A stretch of DNA of 20,000 nt, taken from positions 74,554 through 94,553 of the forward strand of contig JBNGIO010006348.1 of NCBI GenBank assembly GCA_049999805.1. Direction: 5' to 3'. Positions 9,583 through 18,759 of this stretch are shown piece by piece. Below the pieces are notes generated by a model. It had not been told where the DNA came from and ran no database searches. It worked only from the letters and a program-made list of their open reading frames with translations. Made by a program: the position numbers and the translations under genes. The first letter of the stretch is position 1. Each line of letters opens with the position of its first letter. Source of the stretch: Folioceros fuciformis (Eukaryota).

Positions 9583-12143
9583 ATGGCACTTCTCTTGCCC
9601 TCTCAGCTCCAGCAGAGTCAGGTGGCCAAGGTGTCGTACATCGGCTCCTTGAAGCAATCGGAGGCGCTGCGCGGGCGACGCCGCCGGTCCTGCAAAATCA
9701 GAGCGGAAGGTGTGGGTGAGAGCCAGGGGCACTCTGCAGACCAGGCCGCGAGCTTCACTCCGGCGCCAAAGCCTGTGGACCGGAAGGGGGCGGTGAATCG
9801 AGCTGTGGTGGCCGAGAGAGTTGGAGGTGTTGAGGCGCGGCAGGAGGAGAGGTATCCTGGGTATGCTTCCTGGAACACTGTCAAGCAGCCGAGATGGGAA
9901 GGGGAGCTGGAACTGCAGGGAGAAATCCCGAAGTGGCTGGTACGTGACTTTTGTGGAGGTTAAGTAGGTGTCTTGAAGAAGGCGTGTCGTGAATTGAAGC
10001 GGGCTCAGGTTTGCGGTCTTGGTTGCTGATGCAGAGTGGAACGTATCTCCGAAACGGGCCTGGAAGCTGGAAGACTGGGAACAGGGAATTTGAGCACTTG
10101 TTCGACGGGTGAGTGGTGGAACTTTGCTTCTGACATCTGGTGGCTGCAATCTTCATTTCCTTCGGTAGGGAGTGATGGAGTGTGCGATGTGATCGGCCGC
10201 CATCCAGGTACTCAACCCTCGTCCGCCTCCACTTCGACAACGGGAAGCTGGTATGCGGGCACGCGCAGCTGCAATCGGAGGCATATAAGCAGGCCACCGA
10301 CAAGCAGCGCCCCATGTACCGAGAATTCAAGGCTGTCCCGGACGGGAACGTGTTCGAGCGGATAACTGAGCTCGCCGGGATGGCCACGGGCCACACTCTC
10401 ACCGACAACGCTAACACGGGAGTCATCATGTAAGCTGCCTGCATCCTGCACTCCTACAGCACGCCACGCCACCCCACGCTACGGCCACATTCTTCAAGCT
10501 TGAAACATTCGTGCTTGAAACTGATTCTTGATGCAGGCTCGGAGACGGACGAGTCCTGTGCTTGACGGAGACCATGAAAGGGACCATTCAGATTGATCCA
10601 AACACGCTGGAAACCATGGGAAAATTCACATACGAGGACGGATTCCAGGTCCTACTCTCGGACTGCCTTCTTCCATGCTGCTGCACAGCGCCAGCAAACA
10701 CACCTCCTACTCTAGTCCTAAGGCTTTTTTTTCTCTCATCCATACATTTGAATGGGTGGCCGCAGGGACTCGTGCACTCCGCTCATCCCTACGTAGACTC
10801 CAAGGAATTCATCACGCTGCTGCCGGACCTGATCAACCCTGGCTACACCGTCGTGCGCATGCCCGCCGGATCAAACACCAGGCAGCTTATTGGCAGGGTG
10901 AGCCACAACACCTCTTCCACCTTCCTCACTGTGTTCCTCACGGCTTGGACCGCATGCGGCAACACTTTCTTCATTTCTTTTGGCGCTCCGTCCAGGTCCC
11001 ATGCAAGGGCAAGGGCGCCCCGGGATGGGTGCACTCCTTCGCCGTGACGGAGAACTACATCGTGGTACCGGAGATGCCACTGCGCTACTCCGCCATGAAC
11101 CTCCTCAAGAGCGAGCCCTGCCCGTACTACAAATTCGAGTGGCTCCCTGACAGCGGAGCCTACATGCACATCCTCAACAGGAAAACCGGCGTCCTGGTAA
11201 CAAATTCTGCCACGCCTCTCCAATGCTCTTCCACTTCTCACCCGCCCTTCCCCGTCCCTCACTCCACCACACTTGCTCAGGAAGCGTCAGTGGAAGTTCC
11301 ACCTTTCGTCACCTTCCACTTCATCAACGCGTACGAGGAGCCCGCGGAGGACGGCAAGCCCGCGAGAGTGATCGCGGACTGTTGCGAGCACTACGCTAAC
11401 CCTGTCATTCTCCAGCGCCTGGAACTCCATGAGCTCCGAGCTTTCCCCGGCAAGGTTCTTCCCGACGCCAGGTACCGTACCACATTCCATCCCTCCCTCC
11501 TCCTCCTCTTCCTCCTCTTCCTCCTCCTCCTCCTCCTCCTCCTCCGCTCTTGTCATAAGTGCATGGACTCACCCTTTCCAAACCGCATGAATCCGCAGGG
11601 TTGGGAGGTTCACCATCCCGCTCGACGGGTCCAGCAAGGGCACATTGGACGCGGCTGTGCCGCCAGACGCGCACGGCAGGGGCCTGGACATGAACACTAT
11701 CAACGACAGCTTCAAGTCCAAGAAATATCGTTACGTCTACGCATCTGGAGCACACCGCCCTTGCAACTTCCCTAACAACCTAGTGAAGGTGGATTTGGTG
11801 GACAAGAGCGCCAAGACGTGGTACCACGACGGCGGCATCCCCACTGAGCCATTCTTCGTTCCAAGGCCCGGCGCGACCGAAGAAGACGACGGTTTGTACT
11901 CCCAACCGAGCCCCCTTCCACCCCGAGCCAAAACGGAACGGGACCAAAGCCCTGCAGGCTCTCAGCACACTCTACCGTTCCGTTTCACTGTGCGCAGGCG
12001 TGGTTATATCCCTTGTGAGCGACGACAGCGGCGGCGGCTTCGTCATCCTCTTCGATGGCCAGACGTTCGAGGAGATCGCCCGAGGGGACCTGCCCTACGG
12101 CCTGCCCTACGGACTGCATGGATGTTGGGTGCCAACCAAGTGA
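9583..12143 (+). CDS. CCD8: Carotenoid cleavage dioxygenase 8 (MAX4/RMS1/D10; carlactone synthase); exons 9583-9939, 10035-10108, 10208-10429, 10537-10648, 10766-10897, 10996-11196, 11281-11471, 11599-11891, 11998-12143
   Basis: CCD8-type motifs: W..V.Q.RWEGEL..QG.IP.WL|SGTYLRNGPG, HLFDGYSTLV, YREF, LTDNANTGVI.LGDGRV.CLTET, HSAHP, PGWVHSF.VTENY.VVPEMPLRY, TFHFINAYEE, DCCEH, RPCNFPN, PYGLPYGLHGCW. All four Fe-binding His are present, with an N-terminal transit-peptide-like extension. Confidence 0.95.
11491..11545. repeat. (CCT)n microsatellite in CCD8 intron 7
   Basis: Run of CCT/CTT triplets; it produces the spurious poly-Leu, poly-Glu and poly-Gly tracts in the ORF track. Confidence 0.95.
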
Positions 12144-12490
12144 TTGCGGAATGGCCAAGCGTGCCGCCGTCACCTTTGTTTCTAATGTACATTTGTCGTA
12201 TTTGGCTTCAAAGTTATCATAGTTTGTTAGACCCAATCGGGTCGTCTTTTTGTCTTAGAAATTTGAGAAAACTTCGATTTATGGATTTTATACTAAGTTT
12301 TTTTTTCTTTTTTCCCTTTGGAGGAGTTAGCATGTGCTTACAAAAATTGTATCACATGTACTTTGATTATTAATAATACATAGTTCTTTATTCATCTATT
12401 CTCAAGATAGTCAATTGAGACATTCTGAAATAAGGTTGGTGAGGGAAGCTCAGAACTATGTTGGGTCTCTAGCTCTAGCTAGAACTCATA

Positions 12491-12792
12491 TGTAATTTCT
12501 TACAAAAATATTCAAAAATGGCTTATTATTGAGACTTATCACTATAAGTTCACCAAGAGTTGAATGGCGAGTCTTTTCGACCCTATGCTCACATGGCATG
12601 AGGTGAGTCCTCCAACTTTTCATGAGATGCGAAAGAAAAAAGAGAAAAGAGAAGTTGTAGCTCCAACAGCCGAATGGCCTCAACCCTCTATCTCATTTGT
12701 TTGTTAATGAGTTTTTTCAAGAAGGCTTTCATCCTTGGGCAAGCATTGCCTATGGTTATGGACCCGTTGGTGGCAATAGTTCCATGAGGCCA
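12491..12792. repeat. Left copy of a ~300-bp direct repeat (TG...CA termini)
   Basis: Aligns end to end with 14267-14563; by hand about 30 substitutions and about 4 small indels (roughly 85-90% identity). Confidence 0.95.
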
Positions 12793-13720
12793 AAACTGAA
12801 GTTCAATATGAGTACCCACTTGCTCTCGGATGAAATGGTATTATTGTATGTCGATATACTTTGTCCTTGAGTGATATTTGGGATCCTTCTCTAGTGCCAT
12901 GCTGCCCTAGCTATTAATATACACCACTATAGGGGAGGGTTGCTCGAATCCTAAGCCTTTTACAAAAGCTTGAAACCATATAACTTCTTTGCTAACCATT
13001 GTCAAAGACATACATTCAACTTCACTACTAGAGAGGGCTACGGTTGGTTGCTACTTGGACTTCCAACTGATTGCTCCTCCGTCCAACTTAAAGACATACC
13101 TTGAAGTTTATCACCTATCGCTTAAGTTACCTCCCTAATCAGCATGTGACATTATGTTTGTGCCCAACCAAAACATTGGAAGCTCCAACTAGAAGGTTAG
13201 GCCCAACTCCTACTATCAACTGTAGATCCTTAGTACCTTGTAAGTATCGAAAAACAAGTTTTACTACAGCCTAGTGCTCAAGAGCAGGATTGCTAACAAA
13301 CTACGAAACATAGCTAATTGAGGACCCTAGGTCACCACGAGTCATCAAACAATAAACAAGGCTGCCCACAACACTTTGATAAGGCACTTAGGCCATGAAC
13401 TCTTGCTCCTCATAGCTAAGGGGATGAAGTCTCTACATAAGCTTGTTACCAATTATGGGCAAGTGTTTGCCCATAATCCACACCAGAAAGTTAGGCATAC
13501 CCTTTTGCCACAAGAGGAGCCTTGTATCTTGAGATACTTCCATCAAAAGCACGCTTGAGTTTTAAAACCCATTTGCACCCCCACTACTTCTTGACCTTCA
13601 AGGAGGTCAACCAACTTCCATGTCCCCTTCTTAATGAGAGCATCATACTCAGCTTCAATAGCATGCTTCCATGCTTCCACATCAGGGTAGTTCAAAGCTT
13701 TTGCAAGAGTCAAGGTTCTA
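12793..13720 (-). mobile_element. Degenerate Ty1/copia pol remnant (RT N-terminus, RT C-terminus, RNase H) with the RT catalytic core deleted
   Basis: Minus-strand translation across stops and frameshifts: EP.TLAKAL...AWKHAIEAEYDALIKKGTWKLVDL...VG/CKWVLKLKRAFDGSISRYKAPLVAKGYA*LSGVDYGQTLA; then EEQEFMA*VPYQSVVGSLVY...NPALEH*AVVKLVFRYLQGT; then AD*GG...YVFKLDGGAISWKSK*QPTVALSSSEVE...KYHSRTK/YIDI..HFIREQV. These are classic copia motifs. Confidence 0.93.
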
Positions 13721-13805
13721 GGTCTAATACATCATCTACATATGTTTGCAAACTCTCAAGAGCTTTCTATGATGCTTTCCACCACGAGTGCTCCACCAGC
13801 AAAGG

Positions 13806-13985
13806 CAGTTGGAGGTGAAGTTGGGCTAGGGCTACCATCATGGATATCTTCCTATTCATTGCATAACAGTTGGAGCTGAAGTTGGGCTAGGGCTACCATC
13901 ATGGCTATCTTCATGTTCATGACATAACAGTTGGAGGTGAAGTTGGGCTAGGGCTGCCATCATCGCTATATTTCTATTCATGGCA
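13806..13985. repeat. 61-bp tandem repeat, 3 diverged copies
   Basis: Unit CAGTTGGAG(G/C)TGAAGTTGGGCTAGGGCT(A/G)CCATCAT... starts at 13806, 13867 and 13928. Confidence 0.95.
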
Positions 13986-14266
13986 GATGTTAAGAGGTTG
14001 CTCAATAGGCTATTCCAATCCATCCAAATGAGAATCCTAACTGTGTGAGATACCTCCAGACTGCTACACAAGACACGTCGCTAGATGATGATTAAGAGAT
14101 GAACGAACACTTATACTGGTTGGTGCTAGTGATCACAACACAATGCACATGGGCAACCATGTGCTCGCCTATGATTAGCACCCATGTGCCTACTATACTT
14201 ATTGCCTAAAGAAGGAAGCCTATGTTAACGCTGTTCAACAGAGCCCTTGCTAAAGCCCAGCGCAGA

Positions 14267-14563
14267 TGCAATTTCTCACAAAAATATTCGAAAATGTCTT
14301 ATTATTAAGACTTATCACTATAAGTCCACCACGAGCTGAAAGCGAGTCTTTTCGATCCTACGCTCACATGTCATGAGGGCGGGTCCTCCAACTTTTCATG
14401 AGATGGGAAAGGGAAAAGAGAAGCTGTAGCTCCCATAGCCGAATGACCTCGGCCCTCTATCTCATTTGTTTGTTAACGAGTTTTTTCAAGAAGGCTTTTA
14501 TCCTTTGGCAAGCATTGGCTATATGGTCGTGGACCCGTTGGTGACAGTAGTTCCGTGAGGCCA
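14267..14563. repeat. Right copy of the ~300-bp direct repeat; forms the proximal promoter/5' UTR of prfC
   Basis: TGCAATTTCTCACAAAAATA...GTTCCGTGAGGCCA; the final A is the first base of the prfC ATG. Confidence 0.93.
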
Positions 14564-17500
14564 TGGCTGCGATCGGAGCTCTGGCTCCTTCGCAGTTACT
14601 CGTATCTCCGTCTTCGTGCAAGCTATACGAGAACAGATACAAGGTTGCTGCCGGCTGCAGTGGCGCATGTCAGTCCAGGAGAATTGCCGGAGGACTAGTG
14701 CTCCATGTGGATGTGACAGAGAGGAGGCCGTGGCGGAGAAAATGCGTGTTTCTGGAAGCCGCACCTGTGACGGATGTGCGGCCAGACGAGGAGGCTGCGG
14801 AAGGGAGCTGGGACGATGAGCATGCCAGGAACGAGGAGGGAGCTCTGGCTCAAATCCACACGGAGGTAGAGGGCCGGGAGGATCCAGCAGTGCAGAAGTT
14901 GGAGAGTGACGGCGACCGGCTAGGGTCGGGAGGAGATAAAGGCAATGAGGATGGGGATTTGCTTTCTCCTCAAGCTCTGGCCAGGGAGGTGGCTAGAAGG
15001 CGCAACTTCGCCATCATTTCTCATCCTGATGCGGGAAAAACTACTCTTGTAAGCTGAGAGTTTTGAGGATGTGACTGGAATCTGGTGCCGTTGGAGTTTC
15101 ACCGGGTTCACTTTTACGATGTGTGGAGCAGACTGAGAAGCTGCTTCTCTATGGAGGAGCGATTCAGGAAGCAGGTGCTGTGAAGGCCAGGAGGTCTGCT
15201 CGTCATGCAACTTCTGATTGGATGGAGCTCGAGAAACAGAGAGGTGAGAGGAGGTTGTCACCGTTGCCAGTGTGTGGTGGCTGCGAGGAAGCTTGCGGGT
15301 ATGCGGAAGCTGATTCCTTTGTTTTATTTTTTCTGTTTGGTTAAGGTAGGTATATCAATCACGTCAACGGCGATGGTTTTTGAAACGAAGGGATATCAGA
15401 TTACGCTGCTCGACACTCCGGGGCATCAGGTTCGTTCACTCGCTCAGGGTCGGTCCTGTACGCGCGCTGAGTGCTTTTCTGGAAGCAGGGTAGTGCCTCT
15501 GGTAAAGGAGAGCTTTCTGAGGACCGGGTGTGGCACTGTTGCAGGATTTCGGAGAGGATACTTACAGGTGAGCCTGTACGCCTGGCTCTGCACTTGGCAA
15601 TGTAGGCCATCTGTGGTGTTCACTGTGTTCACATTGTTTGTGTACAATTTGAGCATTTTGCAGGACGCTTGCAGCTGCAGATAACGCTGTCATGTTGGTG
15701 GATGGGGGCAAAGGGCTGGAGCCACAAACAAGGAAGCTGTTTGAGGTAAGTTGGATAAGAGGAATAGCAGCAAAATTGGGGCAATAAGAGGACTCGTGTC
15801 TTGTTGATGAACTGATGGGCATTCCTGATTCTCCTGACAGGTTTGCAGAATGCGTAAGCTGCCAATATTTACTTTCATGAATAAGATGGACCGTCCTGCC
15901 TTAGCGCCATTGGAGCTCCTAGATCAAATTGAAAAGGAGTTTGGTCTTGCTACCTATCCGATGAACTGGCCGATTGGATCAGGTGACAGGTATGCAGAGG
16001 ATTGCCACTGCTGGCGCGCATGCCTTTGGTGTCATTTAGCAGCTGGTCTTCTGAGGGCAGGTCACATAACTGGGCCACGAATGAATGCAGGTTCTTGGGT
16101 GTTGTCCACAGACCTCGTCAAGAAGTTCATCTCTTTGATAAGGGCGAAAAACATGGAACGAAAGAAGCAATAGTGCAAGTAATCCCCTGGGGTGATTCTC
16201 GTCTTGAGGAGATTATTCCAGGAGATCTCTTCCAACAACTGAAGGTATAGCATGCATTATGGTTGGCCTTGGTTTTCCAGCTTCTTTTGTGAAATGTGCT
16301 GAAAGTTTCATTTCCTCAGGAGGAGATTGAGCTTCTGGAGGAGCTGACACCACCATTGGACTTGAATCTTGTGCATTCTGGAGATTTGTCCCCAGTTTTC
16401 TTTGGTAGTGCAATGAACAATTTTGGGGTAAGATTGCTATTTCCTGCTGTCGAACTCTACAGTCAATTGAGGATGATTTGGGCATTGACTTTCCTTCGGA
16501 TCTACATGCCTTTTGTAAAGGAGGGTTCATGTGTCGTATATTTTTCAGGTTGAGCTCTTCTTAGATAGCTTCCTTGAGTGTGCCATTCGACCAGGCAAGC
16601 ATCATAGTGACGCGGGAGAGGTCCTCCCTGAGTATCCCCACTTCACGGGCTTTGTCTTCAAGGTAACATTGCTGTGCATTCCATGGCCGTTCCCTTGTCA
16701 GGTGGAGTGTCCTTGCTAGAGATGCATTTGTTTTGACCTAGCAGTGCTGTGGAGTGCTATAAGTCACGGTGAGGCAATGACCCTGCAGGCAGATAGAACG
16801 ATGGTGAGATATCGTTTCAGGTCTCAAGGCCATGAGCCAATACACATCCTGATTGGTTCTCGTCAACGTTGTCCCTGGCATTTTATCTTTTGAAGGGTAG
16901 AGCCGACTTAAAAAGTCTGAGTCTAAGATGCATCTAATCTGGGGTCTCTCTTTGGAGACAATGGCAGCTCCAATGAGAGCATAGGAAAGAGCCCAACACA
17001 ATTGTTTTGGCAGAGTTTGGCGAATGTTTTTGCTGATACCACCTCATTGAGCGTCCCAAGTCTGGCGATGTTAGCATCGTGATATCTTTGGTCAACAATC
17101 GTTGGAGGCTCTGACGCACTTGAGTGTTTTACGAATTGAAGGATGATGCAATTCGAGGATCATGTTTAGAAAATTTCTTGTGACTTGGGGTTCCGTAATC
17201 CTTGCTTATGGTTCTTACCTAAGTCTGTTGTTGTCCACATGGTGGATTCAGTTGCAAGCGAATATGGACCCAAAGCATAGAGACAAGGTTGCCTTTGTAA
17301 GGGTCTGTTCAGGTTTGGACTCGTTCTCGCACCGCTGTCCTTGGGCATTGGAGGGCCTTGAACACAGTACTGACCACCTGTTTCTGACAGGTCAGTTCAG
17401 TAAAGGCATGAAAGTCCAGCTTGCTCGAACAGGCAAAGTATTGTCGTTAACAAGACCACAGAAAATGTTTGCACAAGATCGCTCTACTGTTGAAACTGGT

Positions 17501-18552
17501 TTTGCGGGGGATGGTAGGTACTTGGGCTCGTCCTTGCCAATGACTTCAGATGTTTGCGCATGTCTGGCTGTGGATGGTCTTTGACTTGGTTCCCTCGGGC
17601 CAGTGATTGGATTGAACAACCCAAATGCCTTCTGCATTGGCGACACGCTGTACACTGGCCCAAGGAGGACTTTCCCAGGAATCCCATCGTTTTCTCCGGA
17701 ACTGTTCTGTTACATGAGGAACCCAAATCCATCGAAGTACAAGCAGTTCCAGAAGGGGATAAATGAGTTGCTCGGTGAAGGTGCTGTACAGGTGCGTCTT
17801 TGTGAGGACCACGTTCTAGGTTCAGGCAGGTGAATATGCAAAGCTTGTCCTTCAGTGGTAAGCTATGAAAGCGGTGTACGTTGAGTGCTTTCTCAATATT
17901 TGGCTATTTGTTTTACGGCAGGCACTGTTTTCCGTTGATTCTGGAAGAACTGATCCAATTTTGGCAGCGGTGGGGCAGCTGCAATTTGAGGTATCCACAT
18001 CGGTTCCGTCCCTTAAGGATAGTTTCCCTTGAAACTGGGATATGAAATTATGCGTTTGGCTGCAGGTGGTACAGTACCGCATGCAGAGTGAATACAACGT
18101 AGAGACCCAACTTGAGCCTCTTGGATTCAGTGTGGCACGGTGGGTGTCTGGAGGTTGGCCCGCCCTCGAGAGAGTCGGCAAAATCTACAACTGTGCAACG
18201 GTGAAGGATCGGGTTAGTCTATGTGGGATTCTGTCATTCACTGATTGTTAGCCTTGTAGCCTTCGGGAAAGCGTCCAGGTTCTGAGGCACTGTTTTTAAT
18301 TTGATGCAGTGGGGGCGCCCTGTTTTGCTATTTCGAAATGAATGGAATGTAACTCAGCTACTGGTTCGTTCCATCCCACGTGTTTCCCACCATAAAATCT
18401 TCGAAGCTATGGCTATGGCACAAGTTGGAATACACTCGTACACGCTGGATGATGGTCTGACTTGTTGCACTTTTCCCTGACAGGGTGATCATCCAGAGAT
18501 AGGTGAACTAGCTCCCTACGCTCTTCCTCCGGAGGAGCCTGTCCGGAGATAA
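14563..18552 (+). CDS. prfC: Bacterial-type peptide chain release factor 3, probably plastid-targeted; 16 exons: 14563-15048, 15132-15243, 15350-15429, 15545-15567, 15664-15745, 15841-15989, 16091-16244, 16320-16427, 16549-16662, 17252-17312, 17391-17513, 17604-17791, 17922-17990, 18066-18212, 18310-18363, 18484-18552
   Basis: RF3-specific motifs: [137 protein letters not shown]. All introns are GT-AG and in phase; about 140-aa N-terminal extension. Confidence 0.95.
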
Positions 18553-18759
18553 TGTACGAAATGGGCTCAGGTTGTTGGTGATGGTTGCTTAGTCATGCTA
18601 GCATCCTCAAAAGGAAAATTTACGTGGTCCTACTTCCCCCAAGATTTAAGGTGGGTTAGCGATCTCTCCCAATACTCCTCAACACCCTTCTATCTACTCT
18701 CAGGAGTGTTCAGCGTCATCGGAAAGTACCTCCTGATTTGACAAGGGATCACTTACAAT

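Noticed and set aside
11287-11755. Minus-strand poly-Glu and poly-Gly ORFs
   Set aside because: Artefacts of the intronic (CCT)n microsatellite, antisense to CCD8.
13731-13742. Minus-strand YVDD that looks like the copia RT catalytic motif
   Set aside because: It lies upstream of the EP.T...W..A motif that begins the RT region. The real YVDD belongs in the segment deleted near 13450, so this match is coincidental.
13806-13985. CRISPR-like array
   Set aside because: Units are contiguous whole-unit tandem repeats with no unique spacers; eukaryotic context and no cas genes.
12491-14563. Intact or autonomous LTR retrotransposon
   Set aside because: No gag, protease or integrase recognised, RT core deleted, many stops and frameshifts, and no TSD, PBS or PPT.
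16663-17251. Unusually long prfC intron 9 (589 bp) as host of a nested gene, snoRNA or TE
   Set aside because: No terminal repeats, convincing paired C/D boxes or coding motifs were found by eye.
14563-18552. Bacterial contamination or recent horizontal transfer of prfC
   Set aside because: Fifteen spliceosomal introns, an N-terminal targeting extension and plant neighbours indicate a long-resident nuclear gene.
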